64,000 bases of DNA from Verrucomicrobiales bacterium (GTDB lineage: Bacteria; Verrucomicrobiota; Verrucomicrobiia; Verrucomicrobiales; SLCJ01): the NCBI GenBank assembly GCA_046075565.1, contig JBJTQJ010000014.1, positions 32,031 through 96,030 of the forward strand, given 5' to 3'. The position numbers and the translations under genes are program-made. Below, piece by piece: positions 32,924 through 43,961 of this stretch. The number at the start of each line of letters is the position of its first letter. Position 1 is the first letter of the stretch. The notes beneath the pieces are model-generated. The model was not told the origin of the DNA and ran no database searches. It saw only the letters and a list, made by a program, of their open reading frames with translations.

Positions 32924-33922
32924 ATGCCCGTCTGTTTCTCCACCTGCTGGAATGGATCACGCCACAGTCACGGCGAGGATCTCGTGCGTGAAATCCTCGA
33001 TCTGGGCTTCGACACCATCGAGGTATCCCACGGCATGAAGGTTTCCCTTTTGCCCGGCATCCACAAAATGGTCGAACAAGGCAAGGTGAAGGTCTGCGGA
33101 CTCCACAACTTCTGCCCCTCCCCGGTCGAGGTTTCGATTGATGCCCCGGATTGTTACGAGTTCACCGACATGCGGTCCTATGTGCGCGAGCGGGCTCAGA
33201 AATTGACGCTCCAGACCATCGACTTCGCGGCCGAACTGGGTGGCAAGTATGTCGTGCTGCACATGGGTTCGGTGTCGATGCCCAAACTCACCGAACGCCT
33301 CGAAGAGTTGGTGCGCCGGGGTGAACTCAACTCGCGCGCCTACGTCGAGGAGAAACACGCATTCATCAAAAAACGCGAACGCCTCGGACCGCACTACTTC
33401 CAGCGCGCGATTGACGCCCTCTCCCGCCTCGCGGATCATGCCGCGAGCCGTGGCATCACCCTCGCCATTGAATCTCGCAGCCACTACGAGCAGGTCCCGA
33501 GTGAACGGGAGATGATCGCCCTGCAGGACCACTTCAACGATCACCCCGCCGTCGGCTACTGGCACGATTTCGGCCACGTGCAACGCAAACACAACCTCGC
33601 CCTGCTCGACCACACCCAATGGCTCACACGCATGTTGCCCCGTCTTGTCGGTTGCCACGTGCACGACGTCGAGTGGCCCGAACGCGACCATAGGGTTCCT
33701 TTCCACGGTGACATGGACCTCGCCAACCTGCTGGCAATGGTTCCCCACCATCTTCCTCTGGTATGGGAACTCTCCTTCTCCCGCCGGCGCGTCCACATCC
33801 GCCGCGGGAAAGAGATATGGGATGAACTTTTTCCAAATCCAAATCAACCCCCGGCGCCGCCAACCAACCCGGAGATGAGTAAGAGGGTCGTCTCAATGGC
33901 CGAACAACCGGCTGCGGATTAA
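32924..33922 (+). CDS. sugar phosphate isomerase/epimerase (AP endonuclease 2 TIM barrel)
   Basis: GFDTIE, LHNFCP, VVLHMG, LAIESR, WHDFGH, HVHD and DHRVP. Confidence 0.85.
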   Translation: MPVCFSTCWNGSRHSHGEDLVREILDLGFDTIEVSHGMKVSLLPGIHKMVEQGKVKVCGLHNFCPSPVEVSIDAPDCYEFTDMRSYVRERAQKLTLQTIDFAAELGGKYVVLHMGSVSMPKLTERLEELVRRGELNSRAYVEEKHAFIKKRERLGPHYFQRAIDALSRLADHAASRGITLAIESRSHYEQVPSEREMIALQDHFNDHPAVGYWHDFGHVQRKHNLALLDHTQWLTRMLPRLVGCHVHDVEWPERDHRVPFHGDMDLANLLAMVPHHLPLVWELSFSRRRVHIRRGKEIWDELFPNPNQPPAPPTNPEMSKRVVSMAEQPAAD

Positions 33923-34011
33923 CCCGCATCTCTCACACTTTTTGTAACGAGACGCAGGGCTTTTTGGTGTGGCAAGGAAAATGCAACACCGGACCGCCCT
34001 AGTCGGTGCGG

Positions 34012-37000
34012 TTACGCTGGTCGCCATTCTTTCACCGCCGCCTCAAAGGCCGGATCGAGATCGATACGGAAGCGATCGGCGGTTGCAACGCGGGTTTCGC
34101 GTCCGTCGGGACGTTGGAAGAGAAGGTGCAGGGAAGTGGCGCCAGGGTAACGCGTGACGATTTCGAAAATCCGGTCAAGTTCGCTGGCGCGGCTGCGCGC
34201 TGTATCAAGCACGAGGGTGTAGGCGCCCGGCACGTCGATTTTCGGGGTCGGTTTGGTCAAAACCTTCGCCTCCTCGACGATGATTTGGCGTCGGTCGTCC
34301 TCGCCACCACTGCCGGAGGCTTCGACATATCCTTTGATCGCCACCACCGCGCCTTTTTGCAGGATGTTCGAGCAGGCATCATAAGACCTTCCGCGCAACA
34401 TCATCTCACAGCTTCCTGTTAGATCTTCCAAAACGGCGGAGAGAAATGGCTTTTTCGTGGTCTTGCTATACTTGACCGCCGATTCGGCGACCAGCCCGGC
34501 GAAGGCGTAAAGCTTGCGGCGGCGGTCGGTCTTCACTCCACGGGTGATCGACTCAAGGGCCCCAATGGCCCCGAGCGGGCGGTGGATGCCGCGCGCGAAG
34601 ACCGACTTGTAGGCATCAAGGGGATGGCCGCTGACAAAGAAGCCCAGCAATTCCTTTTCGTCAGACAAAAGGGTATCTTTCGACCATGGCTCGACCATGG
34701 TTTCATTGGCAGCCACACGTGGGGGTGCCGTGAAGAACATTTCGTCGAATAGGGTATCCTGTCCGTTCTTGCGATCGCGTTGGGCCGAGGCCGCGCCTGC
34801 CAGAGCTTTTTCCACCCGGGCAAAAAGATTCCACCGCCATTCATCGGTCCAATCGAAAGCGCCGGCGCGCACGAGGCTTTCAAGCACCTTCCGGTTCACC
34901 ATCCCGGTGTCGAGGCGCATGACAAAATCCTCCAGCGATTGGAAAGGACCATTCTTCTCCCTTTCCTCGACCATGGCTTGCACCGCGCCTTCGCCGACAT
35001 TCTTGATGGCGCTCATCCCATAGCGAACGGCCCGGCATTGGGATGGTTTTTCCCCCGGTCGGATTTCCGGTTGGAACTTCAGGCCGCTGCGGTTCACATC
35101 GGGAGGCAGAATGGCGATGCCCATGCGGCGGCATTCCCCCACGTATTCCGTGATTTTTTTTGTCTGGTTGACTTCACTCGACAGCAGGGCCGACATGAAC
35201 TCGACCGGATGATTCGCCTTCAGGTAGGCCGTGTGGTAAGTGACGACCCCGTAGGCCGCCGAGTGGGACTTGTTGAAGCCATACTTCGCGAATTCCTCCA
35301 GCAAATCGAAAATGTCGTTGGCCAAGGCTTCCGCGATACCGTTGGTGTCAACACATCCCTTCACGAAGGTGGCGCGTTGCTCGGCCATTTTTCCGGCATC
35401 CTTTTTCCCCATGGCACGGCGGAGAAGGTCGGCTTGCCCGAGTGTGAACCCCGCCAGGAGGTTGGCCACCTGCATGACCTGCTCCTGGTAAACGAGAATA
35501 CCGAAAGTCTCCTTGGAGATTTGTTCGATGAGCGGGTGTTTGTAAACCACCGTCTCCGTGCCCTTTTTCCGCGCAATGTAGTTCGGAATGAACTGCATCG
35601 GCCCCGGCCGATAGAGCGCGAGGATGGCGAAGATGTCCTCGATGCGGTCGGGCCCGAGATTGCGGGTGGCATCAACCATGCCGACCGATTCCATCTGGAA
35701 CACGCCTTTCGTTTCCCCTTTGGCCAACATCTGGAACGTCGCCGCGTCGTCGAAACCTTCTTTGTCCAATAGGAAGGCCGGAGTGTGCGCCCGGATCAAA
35801 TCCAGCGCGTCGTGAATCACCGTGAGCGTCTTCAGGCCCAGGAAGTCCATCTTGAGCATGCCCAGTTCGGTCAGCGGCCCCATGGCGAACTGGGTGATGG
35901 TTTCCCCGCCCGAGTCGCGGGCTAGCGCGACGTGGTCGTCGAGGTTGCCATCGCCGATGATGATCCCGGCCGCGTGCACGCCCGCGTTCCGGCTCAGGCC
36001 CTCGAGGTAGGTGGCGTAGCGCCAGAGTTCCCCGACCCGAGTATCATTGGTGATCAGTTGGTCCAACTCGGGAACCATCTTCCTCGCCTCTCCGAGCGTG
36101 ATGCCGAGCTGTTCGGGGATCATCTTGGCCACGATATCGGTTTCAGAGAAACCCCAGCCGAGCACGCGGCCGACGTCGCGCACCGCGCTCTTGGCCAGCA
36201 TCTTGCCGAAGGTGATGATGTGCGAAACGGAACGGTCGCCGTATTTTTGCCGGACATACTGGATGACTTCACCACGGCGGTCCTGGCAAAAGTCGATATC
36301 GATATCGGGTGGGCTCACCCGCTCCGGGTTGAGGAACCGTTCGAAAACGAGGCCGAAACGCAGCGGGCAGATGTCGGTGATGCCGAGCAAATAGGCGACC
36401 AGCGAACCGGCGGCCGATCCCCGGCCCGGCCCGACCGGAATTCCCTGCTCGCGCGCCCACGAGATGAAATCCCGCACGATGAGGAAGTAGCTGACAAATC
36501 CTTTCTCCTCCATCACCAGGATTTCCCGTTCCATGCGCTCGCGCAGATCGGAGTCCTTCTTCGCACGTTCGGCGCCGTAACGTTCAACCAAACCCTCCTC
36601 GCAAAGCCGGCGGAAACACGCGTCACGTGTCTCTCCGCCCGGCGGATCGAATTTCGGATACTTCTCGATGCTGGTGGAATCGAGTTCGATTTTGACATTG
36701 CAACGATTGGCGATTTCGACGCTTGTGTCGAGCGCCTCCGGCCAATCGGCGAAAGCCTCGGCCATTTCCTCCGGACTCTTCAGATACAATTCCGGCGAAT
36801 AATGCATTCGTTTCTCGTCGATCTTCCGCGCCCCCGTGCCGATGCAGATCAACACGTCATGCGCCTCGTGGTCCTCACGGCGAAGGAAGTGCGCGTCGTT
36901 CGCCGCCACGGCTTTCAACCCGTATTCTTTGCAGAAGCCTCGCAGCACCTCGCGGCATTTCGCCTGCGCCTCGAATTGGTGGTTGTGAACTTCGAGGAAA

Positions 37001-37554
37001 AAGTTTTCCGGACCGTAGATGTCGAGGAACGACTCGAGGCTCTCGCGCGCGAGATCCATCTGGTCCTGCACGATGTATTGATTGATCTCGCCTTGGAGGC
37101 ATCCACTGAGGCAAATGATCCCCTCGCGGTGTTCGCGCAGGAGCTCCTTGTCGACGCGCGGCTTGTAGTAGAAGCCTTCGAGGTAGGCACGGGAGGAAAG
37201 TTTGATCAGATTCGCCCAACCGGCGTTGTTCTCCGCCAGCAAGGTGAGGTGCGAGTAGTGCTTCCGGCCCGGAATCTGACGCCGGTCCCCGCGCGTGCCG
37301 GGGGCGAGGTAGACCTCGCAACCGAGGATGGGTTTCACATCGACGGGTGCGCGGTTGTTGTCCTTGTCCCTCTTCCGCGCCTTCTTCGCCGCCAGGTAAA
37401 AATCCACCGCCCCGAAAAGGTTGCCATGGTCGGTCAAGGCCACCGCCGACATGCCGAGATCACCGGCCTGGTAGATCAAATCCAGCGGCCGCACCGCCCC
37501 GTCAAGCAGGCTGTATTCGCTGTGGACATGAAGATGGACAAATTCCCTCGCCAT
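34012..37554 (-). CDS. dnaE: DNA polymerase III alpha subunit
   Basis: HLHVHSEYSLLDG, GPGRGSAAGS, PPDIDIDF, KMDFLGL and YGFNKSH. Confidence 0.98.
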   Translation of the reverse strand: MAREFVHLHVHSEYSLLDGAVRPLDLIYQAGDLGMSAVALTDHGNLFGAVDFYLAAKKARKRDKDNNRAPVDVKPILGCEVYLAPGTRGDRRQIPGRKHYSHLTLLAENNAGWANLIKLSSRAYLEGFYYKPRVDKELLREHREGIICLSGCLQGEINQYIVQDQMDLARESLESFLDIYGPENFFLEVHNHQFEAQAKCREVLRGFCKEYGLKAVAANDAHFLRREDHEAHDVLICIGTGARKIDEKRMHYSPELYLKSPEEMAEAFADWPEALDTSVEIANRCNVKIELDSTSIEKYPKFDPPGGETRDACFRRLCEEGLVERYGAERAKKDSDLRERMEREILVMEEKGFVSYFLIVRDFISWAREQGIPVGPGRGSAAGSLVAYLLGITDICPLRFGLVFERFLNPERVSPPDIDIDFCQDRRGEVIQYVRQKYGDRSVSHIITFGKMLAKSAVRDVGRVLGWGFSETDIVAKMIPEQLGITLGEARKMVPELDQLITNDTRVGELWRYATYLEGLSRNAGVHAAGIIIGDGNLDDHVALARDSGGETITQFAMGPLTELGMLKMDFLGLKTLTVIHDALDLIRAHTPAFLLDKEGFDDAATFQMLAKGETKGVFQMESVGMVDATRNLGPDRIEDIFAILALYRPGPMQFIPNYIARKKGTETVVYKHPLIEQISKETFGILVYQEQVMQVANLLAGFTLGQADLLRRAMGKKDAGKMAEQRATFVKGCVDTNGIAEALANDIFDLLEEFAKYGFNKSHSAAYGVVTYHTAYLKANHPVEFMSALLSSEVNQTKKITEYVGECRRMGIAILPPDVNRSGLKFQPEIRPGEKPSQCRAVRYGMSAIKNVGEGAVQAMVEEREKNGPFQSLEDFVMRLDTGMVNRKVLESLVRAGAFDWTDEWRWNLFARVEKALAGAASAQRDRKNGQDTLFDEMFFTAPPRVAANETMVEPWSKDTLLSDEKELLGFFVSGHPLDAYKSVFARGIHRPLGAIGALESITRGVKTDRRRKLYAFAGLVAESAVKYSKTTKKPFLSAVLEDLTGSCEMMLRGRSYDACSNILQKGAVVAIKGYVEASGSGGEDDRRQIIVEEAKVLTKPTPKIDVPGAYTLVLDTARSRASELDRIFEIVTRYPGATSLHLLFQRPDGRETRVATADRFRIDLDPAFEAAVKEWRPA

Positions 37555-37679
37555 AAAGCCGGAACCTAGCATGGCCCCGGGAAGGGCGCAAAAAAAGCGG
37601 GGATTTCCCGTCGGAATTCCACCGATTTGTCGGGCCATCCGGCGGTTGCGTGGTCCACGGCTGGAGCCGATATTTGCGG

Positions 37680-39146
37680 ATGAAGGACGCGACGGCGCAT
37701 ACGGATTCGGGGGGCTGGAACTGGGACCATTCTTACGCCCGTCTCCCTGCCCTCTTTTTCGCCCGGGTCGCCCCCGAATCCGTGGCCGAATCCCGGATGA
37801 TCATCTTCAATCACGCGCTGGGCACCGAACTCGGTTTGCAGGCCGGTTACCTTGCATCAGAGGAGGCCGCTGGTTTCTTCACCGGCAATCGTTTGCCCGA
37901 GGGCGCGGAGCCCATCGCACAGGCCTACGCAGGCCATCAATACGGAAGATTCACCGGTCTCGGTGACGGCCGGGCTCTTCTGCTCGGCGAACATCTCTCG
38001 CCGGACGGAAAAAGGTGGGATATCCAACTGAAAGGCTCGGGCCGGACTCCCTATTCCCGCAATGGGGATGGCCGGGCGGTCGTCGGGCCGATGCTTCGCG
38101 AATACCTGATCAGTGAGGCAATGCAAGCCCTCGGGATTCCGACCACTCGTTCGCTCGCCGTGGCGGCAACCGGCGAATCTGTCTGGCGGAATGAACCCTC
38201 GCCGGGAGCCGTGCTCACCCGGGTGGCGGCGAGTCACATCCGGATCGGAACCTTCGAATGGGCCGCCGCGCATGAAGACAAAGCGGCACTCGTCGCCCTT
38301 CTGCGCCATACGGTCGCCCGTCACTATCCCGGCTTGGAGCCCGGCGACGCGCGCGCCTTCTACCGGGCGGCGATGGAACGCCAACTCGCCCTCGTGGCCG
38401 AGTGGATGCGAGTGGGTTTCATCCACGGGGTGATGAATACCGACAACGTCGCTCTTTCCGGTGAAACCATCGACTACGGGCCGTGCGCATTCATGGACGC
38501 TTACGACCCCGATGCTGTTTTTAGCTCGATTGACCATGGCGGCCGATATTCTTTTGCCAATCAACCATCGATCGCGCGATGGAATATGGCGAGACTGGCC
38601 GAGGCCCTTCTGCCCCTGTTCAGCGAGGAACGCGGCGAAGCCATTGATTTTGCCAACGAAGTTCTGGGTTCGGCCGAAGAGTATTTCCAGAGAGAGTGGC
38701 TCGGCATGATGCGCCGGAAAACCGGGCTGCATACCGCCGAAGACGGAGACATGGATCTGGTCGAAGATCTACTCGACCGCATGCACCAATCCGGCGCGGA
38801 TTTTACCAATACCTTTCGTGCACTTTGCGGTGCGGGAGCACTGGAGAAATGCCCGTTCGACCAGGAGAGCCTGCGCGAATGGCACGGACTCTGGCAAGCA
38901 CGCCTCGCCCGAAACGGTCAAGCGCCCGAAGCAACCCTGCAGGTGATGCGGGCCGCCAATCCGGCCGTGATTCCGAGGAACCATCTTGTCGAGGATGCCT
39001 TGGCCTCAGCGACGTCCGGTGACATGAAACCTTTCCAGAACCTGCTCCGCATTTTGGCCTCGCCCTACGAGGAACCAAAGGAACCGGGCTATACCGAGGC
39101 GGCTCCGGCGGGGGTGCCACGGCATGTGACTTACTGCGGAACCTGA
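37680..39146 (+). CDS. selO: SelO/YdiU protein adenylyltransferase
   Basis: YAGHQYG, LGDGRA, QLKGSGRTPYSRNGDGRA, HGVMNTDN and C-terminal TYCGT. Confidence 0.93.
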   Translation: MKDATAHTDSGGWNWDHSYARLPALFFARVAPESVAESRMIIFNHALGTELGLQAGYLASEEAAGFFTGNRLPEGAEPIAQAYAGHQYGRFTGLGDGRALLLGEHLSPDGKRWDIQLKGSGRTPYSRNGDGRAVVGPMLREYLISEAMQALGIPTTRSLAVAATGESVWRNEPSPGAVLTRVAASHIRIGTFEWAAAHEDKAALVALLRHTVARHYPGLEPGDARAFYRAAMERQLALVAEWMRVGFIHGVMNTDNVALSGETIDYGPCAFMDAYDPDAVFSSIDHGGRYSFANQPSIARWNMARLAEALLPLFSEERGEAIDFANEVLGSAEEYFQREWLGMMRRKTGLHTAEDGDMDLVEDLLDRMHQSGADFTNTFRALCGAGALEKCPFDQESLREWHGLWQARLARNGQAPEATLQVMRAANPAVIPRNHLVEDALASATSGDMKPFQNLLRILASPYEEPKEPGYTEAAPAGVPRHVTYCGT

Positions 39147-39220
39147 CCAAATCGCACGCTTGCCGAGAGCGCAGCAAATTCATGCTGTGATGGCAAGCAA
39201 GATGGTCCATCTTTGCAACC

Positions 39221-40069
39221 ATGTCCGGCAAACGGAAGAAGCTTCCAGCGGCCAAACCCTCCACCCCTTCCCATTTTGTGGTGGAGGTCAATGGCTTGAC
39301 CGTGGAGAGGAATGGCACGGGCATCCTGCAAGGGGTGGACTGGCGCGTCAGGACACGACAGAACTGGGTCATTCTGGGGCCGAATGGATCGGGTAAAACG
39401 TCGTTGCTTAAATCCCTGACCGGCTATCTCATGCCGACCGAGGGAGACATGAAGGTCCTCGGCGAACACTATGGCGAATCGGACTGGCGTGAACTCCGCA
39501 AACTCATCGGCTTGGTCAGCTCGAGCATCAGCCAGAAGATTCCCGGTGAGGAGTCCGCGCTTGAAACCGTGGTCAGCGGCAAAAACGCGATGATTGAACT
39601 CTGGGGGCGCATCACCAGGAAAGATCGGACGGCGGCCATGGCCTGGTTGGAAAAAGTGGAATGCCCGCACCTCGCGGACCGCCCTTGGCGGGTGCTTTCC
39701 CAAGGTGAGCGCCAAAGGGTGCTGATCGCGCGCGCGCTGATGGCCGGTCCCGCACTCTTGATACTCGACGAACCTTGCGCGGGGCTGGATCCCGTGGCGA
39801 GGGAGACGTTCCTTCGTTTCCTAAGTCGCCTGGCCAAAAGCAAGGAAGCCCCCACCCTCGTGCTGGTCACACACCACGTGGAGGAAATCGGACCGGCCTT
39901 CTCTCACGTGCTCCTACTCAAGGAAGGAATGGTTCTCGCCGCGGGGCCAAGGAAGAAAACTCTAACAAGCTCGTTGCTCTCCGCGACCTTCGGTTCAAGC
40001 TTGGCCTTGGAGAAGAAGGGCGGCCGATATCACTTGCGCGTGAAAGGGACAAGCTCGTCCGTGGTTTGA
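39221..40069 (+). CDS. ABC transporter ATP-binding protein (YlmA/ModF-like)
   Basis: GPNGSGKT, LSQGERQ, ILDEP and VTHH. Confidence 0.88.
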   Translation: MSGKRKKLPAAKPSTPSHFVVEVNGLTVERNGTGILQGVDWRVRTRQNWVILGPNGSGKTSLLKSLTGYLMPTEGDMKVLGEHYGESDWRELRKLIGLVSSSISQKIPGEESALETVVSGKNAMIELWGRITRKDRTAAMAWLEKVECPHLADRPWRVLSQGERQRVLIARALMAGPALLILDEPCAGLDPVARETFLRFLSRLAKSKEAPTLVLVTHHVEEIGPAFSHVLLLKEGMVLAAGPRKKTLTSSLLSATFGSSLALEKKGGRYHLRVKGTSSSVV

Positions 40070-40118
40070 GAAACCTCAACGGAGGTGGAGCGGATGGTCA
40101 AAGGACCGAGCGCAAGGA

Positions 40119-40979
40119 CTAAGACCCCGGGAGCACGACGCGGCGGCGGCTGCAACCGATGCCATCAATGCCCATTTCAATCAAATCGCCGGGCTCAAGC
40201 CAACGGGGCGGTTTCATGCCCATGGCCACACCGGAGGGCGTGCCGGTGGCGATGATGTCGCCGGGAAGCAAAGACATGAAGCGGCTGGCGTAAGCAACGA
40301 GAAACGCGACCGGAAAGACCATGTCGGCAGTGGTGCCGCGCTGCCGGGGTTCCCCATTGACTTCCAGCCAAAGGGAGAGGGCCTGCACATCCTTGATTTC
40401 TTCCGGTGTCACGAGATAGGGACCGAGCGGGGCGAAACCATCGTGCGATTTGCCCTTCATCCATTGGGCGTCATGATCCTTTTGCCATGCGCGTTCGCTC
40501 ACGTCGTTGATGAGCGTGTAACCGGCAACGTGATCCATGGCTTGCGCGACATCGACCCTCCGGGCGGGTTTGCCAATTACCACGGCCAATTCGACTTCGT
40601 AGTCGAGTTTGCGCGCGCCTTCGGGGTAAACCAGATCATCGAATGGCCCGCAAAGCGCCGAAGTTGCCTTCATGAAAAGCACGGGCTCGGCAGGAACCCC
40701 CCGGTTCTGGAACTCCCGCGCGTGGTCGGCATAGTTCATCCCGACACAGAGAACTTTCGAGGGCCTCGCCACGGGCGGACCGATGCGGGCACCTTCGGGC
40801 ACGAGGGGAATCAGGTCGTCGGATTCACGCAGAATATTGCGCAACTTGCCTAGCTGACCGTTGGAGAAAAAGTCGGAATCGAAGTCATCGATGATCGCGG
40901 AGACATCGAGACGTTTTCCATTTTCCAACAGAACGGCGGGCTTTTCGAAACCCGGTTCGCCGAAGCGGAAAAGTTTCAT
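40119..40979 (-). CDS. fumarylacetoacetate hydrolase family protein
   Basis: VGMNYADH, DYEVEL, NDVSER, KGKSHD and TGTPSGV. Confidence 0.92.
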   Translation of the reverse strand: MKLFRFGEPGFEKPAVLLENGKRLDVSAIIDDFDSDFFSNGQLGKLRNILRESDDLIPLVPEGARIGPPVARPSKVLCVGMNYADHAREFQNRGVPAEPVLFMKATSALCGPFDDLVYPEGARKLDYEVELAVVIGKPARRVDVAQAMDHVAGYTLINDVSERAWQKDHDAQWMKGKSHDGFAPLGPYLVTPEEIKDVQALSLWLEVNGEPRQRGTTADMVFPVAFLVAYASRFMSLLPGDIIATGTPSGVAMGMKPPRWLEPGDLIEMGIDGIGCSRRRVVLPGS

Positions 40980-41060
40980 GCTGGAAGGTAGTGGTTGTTT
41001 CCGGAAACCCGCGGGCCGAACCACCACCATGAGGGTGAAGGTTCGGCCACGGTAATCGGA

Positions 41061-41939
41061 TCAAGCCTCGCCGATGGCGAAGCGTTTGAAGCGCTTGACT
41101 TCAAGAGTGTCGCCGGCTTTCGAACCGATGGCCTTGAGAAGGTCGGCGATGGTCTGGTCGGGGTCTTTGATGAACCCTTGCTCGAGCAAGCAGACTTGGC
41201 TGTAGAACTTGCCCATCTTGCCTTCGACGATTTTGGCGATGGCGGCAGCAGGTTTGTCTTTCACTTGTTCGGCGGCGATCTCCTTTTCCTTCTCGATGAC
41301 TTCGGAAGGCACCTCGTCGCGGCTGATGCAAATCGGGCTCGCGGCGCAGATGTGGAGGGTGATGTCCTGGACGACCGACTTGACGTCGGCGTGTTGAAGC
41401 GTCTCGGCCTTGCCAGCGGCAACTTCAAGCAAGACGCCAACGCGGCCCTGCATGTGAATGTAGCTGGCGAGGCGGCTGCTTGCTCCGGCGGTGAAGCGGG
41501 CCAGACGCTTGATGACGATGTTCTCGCCGATTTCCGCGATCTTCGCTTTGACGGTTTCTTCGACGCTCAGGCCAGCGGTGGCGGAGGTGGAGAGAAACGC
41601 GGCGGTGTCGCCATCGGCGACGGCCGTGCCTTGGAGCAGGGCGGAAAGCTCTTGCACGAATCCGCGGAAGTTCTCGTTCTTGGAAACGAAGTCGGTCTCG
41701 CAGTTCACTTCGATCATCGTGCCGGTGGAACCGTCGGCACTGATGGCGGCTTGAACAAGACCGTCTTTGGCTTCGCGGTCGGCTTTCTTGCCGGCCTTGG
41801 CGATGCCTTTCTTACGCAGGATGTCTTCGGCGGCGGCAAGGTCGCCGTTCGCTTCGGTGAGCGCGGCCTTGCAATCCATCATTCCGGCGTTGGTTTTATC
41901 ACGGAGTTCCTTGACGAGGGATGCGGTAATGGCTGACAT
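41061..41939 (-). CDS. tsf: elongation factor Ts
   Basis: LVKELRDKTNAGMMDCKAAL and EVNCETDFV. Confidence 0.98.
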   Translation of the reverse strand: MSAITASLVKELRDKTNAGMMDCKAALTEANGDLAAAEDILRKKGIAKAGKKADREAKDGLVQAAISADGSTGTMIEVNCETDFVSKNENFRGFVQELSALLQGTAVADGDTAAFLSTSATAGLSVEETVKAKIAEIGENIVIKRLARFTAGASSRLASYIHMQGRVGVLLEVAAGKAETLQHADVKSVVQDITLHICAASPICISRDEVPSEVIEKEKEIAAEQVKDKPAAAIAKIVEGKMGKFYSQVCLLEQGFIKDPDQTIADLLKAIGSKAGDTLEVKRFKRFAIGEA

Positions 41940-42030
41940 GAAAAAAGAGATACGTTGATTTGTTAGATTTCAAGAGGCCGGGAGATTCCCCGTCGGATGA
42001 TAATCCAACGGGGCTCACCGGACCGGATGC

Positions 42031-42714
42031 TCAGCGGCGTCCGGATTTGAGAATTTCCTCGACCAGGTGCTGGAGGATCAGGCGGATGGCGCGAATGGCG
42101 TCATCATTGGCCGGGATCGGGTATTGCACGGCGGTCGGGTCGGCATTGGTATCAACCATGGCCACGACCGGAATCTTGAGACGGCGGGCCTCGGCAACAG
42201 CGATGCTTTCGCGATCGGAGTCGATTACGACTACCGCGTCCGGCAGACCGCCCATATTGCGGATGCCTTGCAGGTTGCGGGTCAGTTTTTCACGCTCGCG
42301 GTTGAGCGAGGAAAGCTCCTTCTTGGACATCGACTTGAACAAGGGGGACTTCTCGATGTTCTCGAGCTCGCCGAGGCGTTCGATGCTCTTGCGGATGGTT
42401 TCGTAGTTCGTGAGCATGCCACCGAGCCAGCGGTGGTTGACGTAGAACTGTCCGGTGGCTTCGGCCGCTTCTTTGACGGCTTCCTGGGCCTGGCGCTTGC
42501 AGCCCACGAAAAGGACTTTTTTGCCCTTGGTGGCGACTTCCCCGAGGAACGCGGTGGCCGCATCCAGGCACTTTACGGTTTCCTCGACGTTGATGATGTG
42601 GATGCCACCCTTCTGCGTGAGCAGGTAGGGCTTCATGCGGGGGTGCCACTTTTTGCTCTGGTGCCCGTAGTGCACCCCGGCTTCGACGAATTGTTGGACG
42701 ATTTCGCTGATCAT
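42031..42714 (-). CDS. rpsB: 30S ribosomal protein S2
   Basis: AGVHYGH, RWLGGMLTN, VDTNADP and PANDDAIR. Confidence 0.98.
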   Translation of the reverse strand: MISEIVQQFVEAGVHYGHQSKKWHPRMKPYLLTQKGGIHIINVEETVKCLDAATAFLGEVATKGKKVLFVGCKRQAQEAVKEAAEATGQFYVNHRWLGGMLTNYETIRKSIERLGELENIEKSPLFKSMSKKELSSLNREREKLTRNLQGIRNMGGLPDAVVVIDSDRESIAVAEARRLKIPVVAMVDTNADPTAVQYPIPANDDAIRAIRLILQHLVEEILKSGRR

Positions 42715-42835
42715 ATTTGTAGGTTCCTTCCTTGAATCAGGTCGGATGGATGTAGGAGTGGCCGCATGTTGCCCCGAGCACGGAAACCTGAGGTTCCGGC
42801 TTCTCCTGTTGGTGTGCGGCACCGGGGAGGGCATG
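42715..42835 (-). promoter_or_regulatory. structured rpsB 5' leader (possible S2 autoregulatory RNA)
   Basis: long leader with GCCGCA...TGCGGC pairing, an ACAC motif and hairpin 42781-42798; position matches known S2 leaders. Confidence 0.4.
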
Positions 42836-43061
42836 AAATCTAGACTGTTCACCGGTTTCGGCAACCTCTTTTTTGCCAATTCCAAGCGGGGGCTCGGTCC
42901 GCCCGGAGCGGGGACGCGGCCTCCCCGCCGCGGAGGCCACGGGTGCCGCTTCCCCGGGCGCCCCCACCCCGTTCCGTGTCGGGGTTTTCCCGTCCTTTTC
43001 GGCCCATTCAGGGAGACTTTTGCCTTGCGCCGAGGTCCCCCTTGGGGCTTTTTCGCCGCTT

Positions 43062-43949
43062 ATGAAAACGCAAAAAGTTGGCTTCGTGGGCGTGGGCCGG
43101 ATGGGCGCGAATATGGCGCGCTGCCTCGCGGAAAAAGGGTTCACGGTGAGCGTGGTCTATGACGCGAGGATGGAAGCCGCCTCGGAGCTGGCACAGGAAC
43201 TCGGCTGCGCTAGGGCGGAGAAACTGGCCGACGTGACGGCGTTGGCCGATGTGATTCTAACGGTTGTGACCGACGACGCGGCCATGAAGACCATCTTGGC
43301 ACCCGATGGCGACAGCCTGCTCATCGGCGCGGCTGGCAGAACTTTCATCCACTGTGCGACGGTGAGTCCCGAGTCGCACGAAGGCGCGGAAGCAGCGGCC
43401 AACTCCGTCGGGGCGCACACCTTGGCTGCGAGCATGGCCTCGAGTATCACCCAGGCGCGGATGGGCACGCTTTACCTCATGGTCGGCGGCAAAGCCGAAA
43501 CCTTCGAGGCCATGAAACCTCTCCTCGAAGCACTCTCCCAGTCACTGCGTCATGTCGGCCCGGTCGGCGACGCGGCGCGCTTCAAAGCGCTGGTGAACAT
43601 GGTTATGAATATCAACACGGCCGGACTCGCTGAAGGTCTGGGCTTGGGGGCCGCCCTCGGCCTCGACCTGAAGACACTCAAAGAGGTCTTTTCACAAACA
43701 GGAGCGAATTCACGCGTGCTGGAGACCGACGGAGACGACATGATCCAGAGAGAACACGATTGTTTCTTCTCCGCCGCCCACGCGGCCAAAGACAGCGGGA
43801 TCGCGAATGCCCTAGCCGTCGCCAAGGGTGTCGAAACTCCCCTTTCGCTCGCTACGGAAAATCAATACCGCCGCCTCATCGATTTCGGACGCGGGCAACT
43901 CGACAAATCAGCCGTGGCCGAACTCACCTTCCCCGGCCGTCAGGACTAA
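43062..43949 (+). CDS. NAD(P)-dependent beta-hydroxyacid dehydrogenase family protein
   Basis: VGFVGVGRMGANMA and KALVNM. Confidence 0.88.
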   Translation: MKTQKVGFVGVGRMGANMARCLAEKGFTVSVVYDARMEAASELAQELGCARAEKLADVTALADVILTVVTDDAAMKTILAPDGDSLLIGAAGRTFIHCATVSPESHEGAEAAANSVGAHTLAASMASSITQARMGTLYLMVGGKAETFEAMKPLLEALSQSLRHVGPVGDAARFKALVNMVMNINTAGLAEGLGLGAALGLDLKTLKEVFSQTGANSRVLETDGDDMIQREHDCFFSAAHAAKDSGIANALAVAKGVETPLSLATENQYRRLIDFGRGQLDKSAVAELTFPGRQD

Positions 43950-43961
43950 TCCACCCGGACC

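Noticed and set aside
34012-37554. Intein in DnaE or GyrA
   Set aside because: Lengths are normal and no intein splice or LAGLIDADG motifs were seen.
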